From Octopus sinensis (Eukaryota), in NCBI RefSeq assembly GCF_006345805.1, contig NC_042998.1:126790001-126854000 (forward strand): a DNA stretch of 64,000 nt, read 5' to 3'. Under the pieces are notes generated by a model, which searched no databases, was not told the origin of the DNA, and worked only from the letters and a program-made list of their open reading frames with translations. The first letter of the stretch is position 1. Each line of letters opens with the position of its first letter. Positions 27,025-38,657 of the stretch are shown here, one piece after another. Made by a program: the position numbers and the translations under genes.

Positions 27025-28090
27025 TTGAGATGACATCTGGTGTACCACAGGGATCTGTCCTTGGTCCCTTTTTATTTGTTACATATGTTAATGACATAGA
27101 TGCCAACTTAAAGTATGCCACAGTGCTGAACTATGCAGATGACATCAAGCTGTACCTCGAAATAAAGAGGACAGATCCTGTACACTATAGATCTTTATTG
27201 CAATCAGACCTGGACACAATGCAGCAGTGGATCATGGACTGGCAACTCAAGCCGGCTGTAGATAAATGTACCAACATGCATTTTGGGAGGAAAAACCCAG
27301 CGTCTACTTACTCCTTCCAAATCACCAATCTCAAAACGTCTTCTTGTGAACGTGACCTGGGCATTATTGTCGACAGCGATTTGCGTTGGACAAAACACAT
27401 TGCTAAAATTGCCAAGAAGGCTGAGGGTGTCCTGGCATCACTCACCAAGTCCTTTGTGAGCCGCTCTCCGGCTATCTATCTGTGGCTTTATATAGCTATG
27501 GTGCGACCTCACCTGGAATTTGCATCACCGGTCTGGAACCCCTATCTTGCCCAGGATATTAATCGTCTGGAAGCCGTTCAGCGACATGCAACCAAGAGAA
27601 TACCCTCCATCAGGCATTTGTCATATTCTGTACGCCTTACTTCCCTGGGCATGAATACATTGAAACTCCGACGTTTGGCAGCTGACTTGGCAGACACCCA
27701 TAAAATTATTAACCATCTTACAAACAATAACTCTGAGCACCTTTTAAAACTCCACCTGTCTAACACCCATGGACATGTTTACAAAGTCAGAAAATAGCAC
27801 AGCTCCTATGACTTTCGGACACATCTTTTCATGCTAAGAGTTGCTGAAGCATGGAACAAACTGCCGACATCAGTTGTTAGTTGTCGGAGCACTGCAACCT
27901 TTAAAACTTCCATGCTTCTTGAGATTCGCCAACACTACACCTGATTTTCTCCCCCCACCATACACACGCAAGCATGTATCTGACTCATACACTGTTCACT
28001 TCCCAGACTTTTGTACATTACTGCATATGCTTTATACGCACTTTTGACAAATTGCGGTGCACCTGAGCACTGTATACAATAATTTCATTA
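27025..28090 (+). mobile_element. 5'-truncated CR1-group LINE (RT domain and C-terminus plus 3' UTR)
   Basis: Frame SGVPQGSVLGPFLF...NYADDIKLY...ERDLGIIVDSDL...VRPHLEFASPVWNPY...LEAVQRHATK. After one stop at 27795 it continues RVAEAWNKLP...FK. Confidence 0.9.
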
Positions 28091-28249
28091 TTAATATAAT
28101 ATATCATTTATATATTAGTCATAGCCACAGGCTGTTTCTAATTACTTGTTACGCACATTAAACATACGTACATACATACATTCTTTTACTCCTTTACTCG
28201 TTTCAGCCATGCGGCTGCGGTCACGCTGGAGCACCACCGTGGACCTTCT

Positions 28250-28860
28250 GATTTCCTCAGTTTGAGATGTTTCACATCACCACTCCTCTATGTGCCTTTG
28301 TCCCAGCTGTTAGTCCATTTGGTGTATAAGGGAGTTTGATTCCGCTCCCCTCGCCTGTACCTCATGTCGGGCGGTTGGTTCATCTGGTATTATGGAAAAG
28401 AGGATGACTAGTTCCTTTTTGAAGACATCTACTTCCACCTTACGCAGATTTCTTAATTTTTATGGCAGGGCATTGAAGAGCTGTGGGTCTTTGAACCCTA
28501 GTCTATTGCAGTACTCTGTTCTGAATTTTGATGGAGTAGATAGTACCTTTGGTATAATACAATGGCGGCCAGTTCTGGCATTTGTATAACACTCAATGCC
28601 GAAATATGGTACTAGCCCTGCTAGAGTTTTCCATATGTAGATTATTGCATGTCTCTCACGCTTTCGCTCCAGAAAGTAAAGTTATAGTTTTGTCAGACTA
28701 ACCCTGTAACCCATTTGTTGCACTGTTTCAATCTTCTTAGTGTAGTAGCGTTGGACTCCGCAGCTAGTTTGGCACTATGCGGTAACTATAACTGTGAGTA
28801 GTAGTCCAGGCGGCTGAGGACAAAGGTTTTCTACAGAGTCAACGTAGTTTCTTGGTTTCT
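28250..28860 (-). mobile_element. Decayed CR1/L2-group LINE 3' end
   Basis: Minus-strand frames KTFVLSRLDYYSQL and SLERKRERHAIIYIWKTLAGLVPYFGI...GFKDPQLFNALP*KLRNL...FKKEL...IPDEP. Confidence 0.75.
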
Positions 28861-29226
28861 TGTCTTGAATGACCTAAATATCCATCCTGCCAGTTGTCTT
28901 CAGTTTTCTGCCAACTTGGTAATGTGCATATATTTATATATTATTCTTTTTCTCTTTCTACATTGCCCTGAAACCCCTCCCTCATTCTATTTTCTCCCTC
29001 TTCTTTACATTTCTTCCCCCCCCCCAAATATTTTTCTCTACTTCTAAACAAAGCGAAAAACAAAACATCCGATTTATATAAATGAACAACGAAACGTTCT
29101 GTTTTTACCATTTTGATTTTGTCTTCACGAGTCTGATAAACGAACGAAAGCGCTAATAAAGAATTATCTAAAATTCTGACTACCTCCTTTTTCTCAATAT
29201 GCAATATCTGTACACCATTTCAAACA

Positions 29227-29279
<53 letters not shown>

Positions 29280-31298
29280 TATATATGCACCGACACATGC
29301 GCATATGTAAAGCCACTCGTTATATATATATGCGCACATACATACAGGTCCGTGTGTGTGTGTGTAATATATATTCTCTTTATAAATGTCTTAAACACAC
29401 ATGCACACGCACATACATATAAGCGACTTAGCTGTTACTATGTAACAGCATGTTTGGGGGTTGCTCACATAAGAGCCTCTTGTGTCGAGGAAGAAATGTA
29501 ATAGATGTAAGCCAGTATAGTCACTTCTGATATACGATGCGGAAGCTGTGCGTAAGGAAACTGTATTAAAGTTGTTTATTTGGGCAAATCTGACTCCACA
29601 TTTCCTTCTTACATTTCCGGTGTTCGTTTGCAGTAGATTTGTGTAAACACCCACGCAGGGTTATGCAGCACTCTCGCCTAAGTAGGGAGATAGGCATAGA
29701 TAGATATACAGACTATATATATATATATATATATATGAGAGAGGGAGAGTAAAAGAGACGCCGAATAACGTAAGACTGAGGAAGATATTAGGGAGAGAAG
29801 TGAGAATGTAGTATGTGTACGGATGTGTATGTGTATGTATGTGTGTTCGCATGTTTATGCCTAACAGGGAGGAACTACAACATATTTTTAGTGTCCTCTA
29901 ATTCTGATAAGGGTTCTTCAGTTTTAGTAATTATTGCACAAGCGAGATGGAAATGAAGTAATGCAGCAGAGAGTATATTACGTTTTATAATTTTATAGTG
30001 TCCCCGTTTTTAAGTAAGAAATCTTCCCTCTCTGAATATAAATATCGTTAGAATCGAAATCAATTTTCATCTAATCCAGAATATCAGTGTCAAGCATATA
30101 GGGACACAAATAAAATAAATATACCTATTATCACAGAAAAAAACTGGCCTATTCTACGGAATATGCGCATTAAGTGTGATACCTAGGTGGTTACTTTAAA
30201 GTTAACACTACCTCAATTGCGTTTGCCGGATTTTTATCCAGGCGGGTTGGTTATTCGCAACACCAGTCAATGCTTTATTTACTGTTTCCTGTATCGGAGC
30301 CATGTGTCTAGCTGCAAATACATGTTATTGAAAATGCCTCCAGAATGCATCATGCGTTCTCACTTTGGCCGCTGATATCTATGGTATCATCTCAAGAGGA
30401 ATACTGCACCAACTGGTTTATCAAAAGTGCATATACATTAAATATGAGAGATAGATAGCTATTTCGAAAATAATGACTGTATATATATATATATATATAT
30501 ATGAAGTTAATCCAAACAAGAAAGCACAATATATATAATATTATATATATATGCATATATGGACACAGGACGTCACCAACAGTGCAAATAACAGGAACTA
30601 CGTAAACAAACGAGTTAAATACGTACAACGAGAAAAATGGAAAACAGGACAAGCAAACAGTGAGAAAAGACTCTTCATTAGTTGGCGGCTGTCTATCTAC
30701 TCCTCTATACTGTTTTCATCCTTCATCCTTCTCTAATTCCCTTTTCTCCCCTCCGTCCTTCTCCGTTTTCTCTCTCTCTCGCTGCTTAAACGTGACCATC
30801 GTCCATCATTCTTTTCCTCACGTGACGATCTCTCTTTTCCAGCACGGACGTTCAAAAGAGCGGACGTCTTTTTCTCTCTTTTCAAAAAATGTCTTTCACA
30901 GCATTCACTATTTTCCTCTCGTTCTGGTCTAACGACCTTCCATGTTTGTTTTTGTTCGGTTTCCTTGTATGTCTGCACTCTCATGGTTTTGTTCCCAACT
31001 TTGACCCTCCATAAATCCCAAATTTTATTTTAGAATTTATGGGAACAACTGACTTTGAAGACTCATATTGTCGCTGAATGTTCGAAATGAGGAATAGATA
31101 GACAGCTTACAACTGATGAAAGGTCTTTTCTCTCTGTTTCATTGTCCAGTTTTCCATATTTTTCTCGTTGTTCGTATCTAACACGTTTCTTTCCGTATTT
31201 CATGTATTTGCACCGTTGCTGACGCCCTGTACCCATATTTGCATGTATATTATTATATTATTTATTATTAAATTAAACACAACGCATCCATTTCCAAG

Positions 31299-31368
<70 letters not shown>

Positions 31369-31646
31369 CTTTTAACGAAATGTAATTATAAGATCAAAGG
31401 ATGTAAGTTTAGGAAGCTCATATGCTTCGAGTACTCCGTGGTAGGTATAGAAAAACGTTCAGGAACAATAATAATTTTTGGGCGTCGAATGTTGTCGGGT
31501 TTTCCATATCGAAGTTCGATAATCTGAAAAAAATATTTTATTATACCTCACGGTTAGCAACGCTTTGCTACGAATGTGAATAAAAATCCAACTTGAGGGA
31601 GTTGAGCTGGTAAAATGCAGACTACATATGTTTCCTAGCAAGCAAA

Positions 31647-31884
31647 TACTCTTATGTAATAATTACTCAACAAGAGGTACTCCGCTAGCTACTCATCAAG
31701 CCGAAGATACCTTAATTATATGATGGTTACATTGTCGTAAAGGGATACCGAATTAACTTGCCATCTTCGGTGAGTTAACTTGGGATTCCTTGAAGACAAT
31801 GTAACATTCATATAATTAAGGTATCTTCAGTCTGATTAGAAGCTAGCTGAGTGCCCCTCGTTGAGTAATTATTACATCAGAGGA
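31647..31884. repeat. Foldback module (about 110 bp arms, short loop)
   Basis: atgtaataattactcaac...gaagataccttaattatatg...gttacattgtc pairs with gacaatgtaac...catataattaaggtatcttc...gttgagtaattattacat. Confidence 0.9.
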
Positions 31885-34331
31885 CCTCCAAGTTACGAAA
31901 CATATATAACCTGGATTTTACCCGATCCACTCGCTTATATATTATTCATATTTTATATTCTTTATATATGTATATGTGTGTATGCGTGTGTGCTGAGACA
32001 CCACACTTAACCTATTGGTAGAACAAATCATACCATCCATCACTTGCGCTTTTATTTCACTGAGACTTAAAAATCCACTGAAGAACCTGGCCAACTCAAT
32101 AAAAATCTAAAGTCAAATATTATGCAATAAATAAATCTAAGGGCTCACATCCATACAATTTTAGTGAGGCAGTGAAGTCAGGTCCAAAAGGTGATTTTTG
32201 GCAGAGTGAGATAAGGATTGAACCGACCTTGTTATTATTATTTAACAATTCAACATCATTTATTCACAATTCATTCCCCCAAAGACCTTTGTGTCTTAAG
32301 GCTAACTTATAAAAATGTAAATTAAGTACTTACCTAGACACAAGCTAATTTGCGTAATGGTACTGATACAAGGTCAGCGGCCTAACAATAACAGCTTATA
32401 AATAAAGTTCCAAAAAAACCCAGCTTATGAATAAATGAATATACGAAATGACATCCATACGATTTTAATCTTACTCAGGCAGTCTTAAACTGGAGCTTAT
32501 AATGCCTGTCACTTCGCGCTGAAAATCTTAGCATAATATTCTTAAATATTTGTTCAGATCTACTTTTCTTTCAGCTGTTTTTTGTCATCCTCATTTTATG
32601 ATTTATATATTCAAAACATACCTATAAAAAAAGAAAGAAAGAAAGAAAGAATAAATAAATAAAATTAAATAAAAAACCACAAAAAGTCACAAAAGATTGA
32701 AAGAAGAAACATTAAAAAAAACCCGTCAGAATGTTTTTATATTTGGTGCTTGACTTCCGCATGTGATTATTCTGGAATATTTCAGGTTTAAGAAGTTGTC
32801 ACATTTTTTATAATCTTACAAGTCACAGTTCAGTCAAATAGCTGAAACAGTAAGTAACAAAGTTAAATGACAATTATGAAGTTGATAGCAACGAGTTTCT
32901 ACACAAAAAAAGTTATTCAGCATCCCACGAATTGGACACTTGATTTATTGTCGCTAACTCAAATAAATCACCAGTTTCTTAGGTTTCCAGATTTTATTTT
33001 CAATTACTAGACATTAGAAACACAAATGTTTTTAAATAGTCTTCTACACAATTCCACATATGCATCTTTTATGAATTATAGGTAGCACCTGTAAATAGCA
33101 ATTTGTTCGAAATGATCCCTTACAGTTTTTATGGTTCTTTTTTTAAGTCAATGTATCTGGTGATTAATCAAAGCTATGATCAAAGGCGTTCTACACATGA
33201 GCAGCCTGCAAGATTTAGTAAAGTGTCTTGCACATATACATACATACTTGAAGCATGCATCATTATTTGCTTAGTTTTCACACACACACCACACACACAC
33301 ATACACACACGCACGCACACACACGCACGCACACATGCACACTCGCACACACGCACACACGCACACATGCACACATCACACACAAGCAACATTAAATATA
33401 TTCATAAAGACACACTTATTATCAGTCACACACGCCTCTAAGAATACGAACGTATGCACACACGTATACACACAGAGTGGCCCACCCCAATAATTATACA
33501 CCCGCAACCAGCGCGAGCGCGCGCACACACACACATACACATACATATAAACACATGGATCCCATGGAAGTATTGAAGTTGTTAACAGTCGAGTTCCTCG
33601 TCTAGTAATTACCATCAAATTTTATAGTGGTTTTCCTTACTTAGTAATTTTAGCAATTTTCCTAGCGAAAAATGAACCTTTATTCAAAAGAATTGGGAAC
33701 ACAGAGGAATAGTAGCTGTCGATTTCCAACTGGATAAACGAGTTCGTTCCTTGGTTTTTAGGTTTCTTAACCAATCTAGTAATTCGACTATATTTTGCCG
33801 AAGGCCCAGTTTGACGAAGTCACAAATTGATAGTATTATATTATCTAGTATTCTTTTACTGATCCAATCTACATCGGGTTTGGATTTATTAGTCTGATAG
33901 TTGGGCATTTATTGAAGTCCAGTTTAAAATCTTGTAGGTTGAATGAAGGGCATTTTGACTGCAAAGGCTCAAGTTCAATCATCAATATTGAGAATTTTAA
34001 GTATTTTATGTTTTAGAGTTTTAATAATTCTTTGAAGATGAATTGTTTGTATGTATTGGTACCTTGCTTGTGTGCATATGTGTGTAAACACTTTGCTTGT
34101 AACACCAAGGCCTAGCTGGTGGCCTTGGTGTTACAATGCTATTTACAATGCTATTTACCTACCTCTTGCATCCCGATCCCGCGCCATCGGAGATAGCAGG
34201 AGATAGTCAGCACAAACCAAATCCATATAGACGAATGAATTCGCATTTTCCCTCCAAAATTACCACGTGTGTTACAAAAATAGCACCGCAGAAAGAGAAC
34301 TGGTTTGTTATAAGAGAGTGAAAAATTCTAT

Positions 34332-34767
34332 TATTAATAATATAAGGGTAAATAATTATTAATTTTAAAAATTAACAATTATTACCGGGATCGGGACGCA
34401 AGAGGCAGGTAAATGGCATTTGCAAATCTATAACCTAATGGAATGTTGTGCTGAAGATGGGAATGAGTTCTTTGTAATTCTAACCCAGAAACGCGTCCAC
34501 AACTAACCGCTAACCGAAGTCCGTTTGTTTTTGTTATTTTCCCTTCTTTTTGCATATGTGAGTTACAAGTAAATGATATATGTGGAGCTATATTTGTAGA
34601 ATATATGTGGCTAAGCAACTTGTTGCTTAATCCCATTTATATATATATATATAAAGAACTTTTTGTAAAAGTTCCTATCGATAATGGTTATATTTCCATA
34701 CCGAAACTACTCGGTAATAATTGTTAATTTTTAAAATAAATAATTATTTACCCTTATGTTATTAATA
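34332..34767. repeat. Inverted-repeat module with about 56 bp arms (34332-34387 and 34712-34767)
   Basis: tattaataatataagggtaaataattatt...aattaacaattattaccg versus cggtaataattgttaatt...aataattatttacccttatgttattaata. Confidence 0.85.
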
Positions 34768-34771
34768 TATA

Positions 34772-34806
<35 letters not shown>

Positions 34807-34843
34807 ACTGATAAATTATTTTTTCCCTTTTTTTTTCTCATAG

Positions 34844-35046
34844 GAATCGACATGGAGTTTGTTCATTTGCTGTGTAATTTGTTTGGCAAGAGGTTCATTG
34901 ATCAATTTAGGTCGGAGCGTCCAGTAGGATGGATGGACATGATGATCGCCTTTGAATCTAGAAAAAGATCAGCTAGTCCATACAAATCCTCTCCTCTGAA
35001 TGTATCACTGCCGTTCTCTTTCATAGATTACTACAAAAAAGTCAAG
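34844..35046 (+). CDS. HSPA12A: HSPA12-like internal coding exon, phase 1-0, 203 nt
   Basis: Polypyrimidine tract plus tag ends at 34843; donor gtaaga at 35047. G from the previous exon plus GA gives Gly. Translation GIDMEF...GWMDMMIAFESRKRSASP...PLNVSLPFSFIDYYKKVK matches the recalled HSPA12 segment WVDLMIAFESRKRAA...LNITLPFSFIDYYKK. Confidence 0.92.
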
Positions 35047-35414
35047 GTAAGACAGCAACTGCCCTCTCCTATTCCATCTCTTGATTCACACACATCCACA
35101 CACATAATTATTCAAACATACATATATAATGTATGTTTCTATGTGTGTGTGTGTGTGTGCGTGTGTGTGCGTGCTGCATGCTTGTGTGTGGGTATAGGTC
35201 TACATATACACCTGTGTGTGAGTGTTTTTTTTCAAGGTTATTATTTTTAAGCAACTTTACGAATGGTAACAGAACTTTTACTGAGAGGCAACTTGCATGC
35301 TAAAAGAAGAGCTAAATTTATTATAAAGTTCATTTTAACTGAGATTTAAAGTTCCGCATAGAGACTTGTAACCAGTGGATACTAATATATATAAAAATCT
35401 ATGTATGTATGTAT

Positions 35415-35483
<69 letters not shown>

Positions 35484-35525
35484 AGCGCATTGTAGTTCGT
35501 TTGAAGCATTATAATATAGAAAAAT

Positions 35526-35827
35526 GTAAAAAGAGAGAAAATAGGCAGCTTCTGACAATGCGGGAAGTGTAATGAAATCTTTATGTTTCGGGCTCGAAGA
35601 CCCATTTTCAGAAGAAAAGAAAAGTCTATGAAAAGTTCAGTTATGTAGGATCAGTTTATCAATTCAAACTCTCCAGCGTTTTGAGAGTTTGAATGGATTA
35701 ACGGATCCTACATAACTGAACTTGTTTTTACACTGTTCTTTTCTTCTGAAGATGGGACTTGGAGCCCGAAATATAAAGGTTTCATTAAACTTCCCGCATT
35801 GTCAGAATCTGTCTATTTTCTCTCTTG

Positions 35828-35831
<4 letters not shown>
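35526..35831. repeat. 306 bp continuous foldback (about 148 bp arms, 9 nt loop at 35674-35682)
   Basis: The arms pair end to end: aagagagaaaatag/ctattttctctctt, tctgacaatgcgggaag/cttcccgcattgtcaga, aagttcagttatgtaggatc/gatcctacataactgaactt, attcaaactctc/gagagtttgaat. Confidence 0.92.
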
Positions 35832-35867
<36 letters not shown>

Positions 35868-36110
35868 GCATATATATACATATGCATATATATACATATG
35901 CATATATATACATATGGCTGGCTTCTCTTTTTATCCTTTTTTTCATCATTGACCAGCGTCCACTTTTTTCATATAAGAACAACGCTATTTATTTGAGCCT
36001 GAATGACTGCTTGGAGAAGCAAAGCCTTATGTATTAATGCGGTAAATTATTGTGTTTCTACACCATGAAACCCTCCGTAGCTCATATATAAATACTGATA
36101 TATGTATATA

Positions 36111-36138
36111 TGAGGGGATGCTAAAAGTTCCTGGCTTT
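36111..36138 (+). mobile_element. Solo mariner-type TIR
   Basis: ta-tgaggggatgctaaaagttcctggcttt matches the TIR of the MITE at 44709. Confidence 0.55.
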
Positions 36139-36796
36139 GTACAGCAATTTTTGAATTTTTGCAACCTCTCACGTTTTCCAACTGTCTGTCTGTCATTCCC
36201 TGGTTCTATTTGTGTTACATAACTCATATGCAACCATTTGTTTTTAGTGAAGTTTTATATAAAGACAATTTACCCGAAAACCGAAGCACCATTAAATATA
36301 TTTTATTAAAGTATATAAATATTAATTTCTGCAAGTAAAAAATTGACAGTGCTTTCGAGTGGTTGATTCGCTGTCAACAGACAGTGTGATCATTACCCTT
36401 CTCATGCGGTGTTGGTGGAAAATTGCCGCTCTTTGTGTGAGTATCTTCTGTTGAAGAGAACCTAATTTCAATAATCAAGTAATTAACCAACACGTTAGTT
36501 TGTACACTCATCTTCGTCTTTACTGAATTCGTTACCATTGGCCTCTCTAATTTCCTCATCTCAGTTAATTTTAATATATATATATATATATATGTAGACA
36601 TACGTCCACATATATAGGAACTATGCATATATATTTATATATATATGTATATATATATATACATATATATATATTTATATATATATGTATATATATACAT
36701 ATATGTTTCTATGTATGTATACATACGTCCATATACGTAAGAACTATACATATGTATATATACCGCAGAAAATCATTTTCATTCATGCACACACAT

Positions 36797-36890
36797 ACAC
36801 ACGTGCGCACACACACGCACGTGCGCACACACACGCACGTGCGCACACACACGCACGTGCGCACACACACGCACGTGCGCACACACACGC
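36797..36890. repeat. 18 bp minisatellite (gcacgtgcgcacacacac), 5 units
   Basis: CACGTG at 36800, 36818, 36836, 36854 and 36872. Confidence 0.9.
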
Positions 36891-37644
36891 AACATACACA
36901 CGTATATATAATCATGTATTTTCGCTAGATGAGCGAACAATTTTAGAAATTGTGGGGGATTATAACCAATAAGATTATACCTGATAAGAATTGGATCTAA
37001 TATGTTACTTATATCGCTCGTACTTATTTTATCATCTGAGAGAGAGAGAGAGAGAGAGAGGAGGAAAGGATGGAAAATAAAACTATTGGTCGTGGTAGGA
37101 TTCACTGTTGGGAAATCGATACCAAACTACTTAGTGATAAGCAGATGATCTCTGTTTCTAACGTTTGTACCAATTTCTGTATTTACCTAGAATGTAAGGC
37201 CGTATATCACTCTCAGAAAACAGTAGTTAGCTGGTATACATTAACACATGTACCACATATTGTATATAAAAACAGTACATGGTACATATAAAAACATATT
37301 GTACGTTACTATAGAGATGTTATTCACATATATGTCTGGCGTAGGCGTCTACGTTGTTGTATCATCGGAACTCCGTATTCACTATATTGGACGTAGTTTA
37401 GTATATTACAATGACATTTTTAGCCTTAAAGTAATTTTTGGACCGGTGTTTCTCAGTCAGTTTTTATCATGTCCTTTACTTCGATTTGCAGTAAATAAAA
37501 AAATAAAAAAATAAATAAATGGCGCCGAGCTAGGTGCCTGTAACCAGCTTAGGAGACTTGAAGTTGCATGGAACCGAATCAAACTCTTTTAAAATATAAT
37601 ATATGTAATTCGTTTAAAATAATTATATACCTAGCTCGTTGAGG

Positions 37645-37690
<46 letters not shown>

Positions 37691-38110
37691 GTAGCCTGAA
37701 GAGTTACAGGGAGTCCAAGATGGCTACCAGAAACCAAGCTGCTATTGGTGAAACAGTATACATCAACAAGAAATACGAAATTTTATTGCTGCGATCAGAA
37801 GTACGTCCTCCAGGTGAAGTTCAAACCAGATATACCACATTAACATTCATGGCACAACACTGGCTGCCCATCAACCAGGACAGGGCTCTTAACCATCGAT
37901 GTCTAAGCAGATCAGAAGTTGACTCACACCAAACTTATGTATCTTCTGTGACCTCCTATCTTTGCGTCCATAAATGCAAGCGTGCACGCACACACACACA
38001 AGCATGCTCACTTCTTTTTTTTCTCCACCCCAACCAAACCTTAGTGCAACGTCAATTTTCCCCCACTAACGCTGTTTCTACTACACTAGCACACATAAAT
38101 ACGAAAAGTA

Positions 38111-38159
<49 letters not shown>

Positions 38160-38591
38160 TATATATATACGTAGCCTGAAGAGTTACAGGGAGTCCAAGA
38201 TGGCTACCAGAAACCAAGCTGCTATTGGTGAAACAGTATACATCAACAAGAAATACGAAATTTTATTGCTGCGATCAGAAGTACGTCCTCCAGGTGAAGT
38301 TCAAACCAGATATACCACATTAACATTCATGGCACAACACTGGCTGCCCATCAACCAAGGACAGGGCTCTTAACCATCGATGTCTAAGCAGATCAGAAGT
38401 TGACTCACACCAAACTTATGTATCTTCTGTGACCTCCTATCTTTGCGTCCATAAATGCAAGCGTGCACGCACACACACACAAGCATGCTCACTTCTTTTT
38501 TTTCTCCACCCCAACCAAACCTTAGTGCAACGTCAATTTTCCCCCACTAACGCTGTTTCTACTACACTAGCACACATAAATACGAAAAGTA

Positions 38592-38595
<4 letters not shown>
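37691..38595. repeat. Near-perfect tandem duplication, 480 bp period, units bounded by (TA)n
   Basis: gtagcctgaagagttacagg starts at 37691 and 38171. The only non-microsatellite difference noticed is one extra A (aaccaaggac) in unit 2. Confidence 0.95.

Positions 38596-38657
<62 letters not shown>

Noticed and set aside
37639-38638. 244 aa ORF with an internal repeat, and a repeat-spacer look
   Set aside because: It results from the 480 bp duplication read through TA arrays. Two long units are not a CRISPR array, there are no cas genes, and the DNA is eukaryotic.
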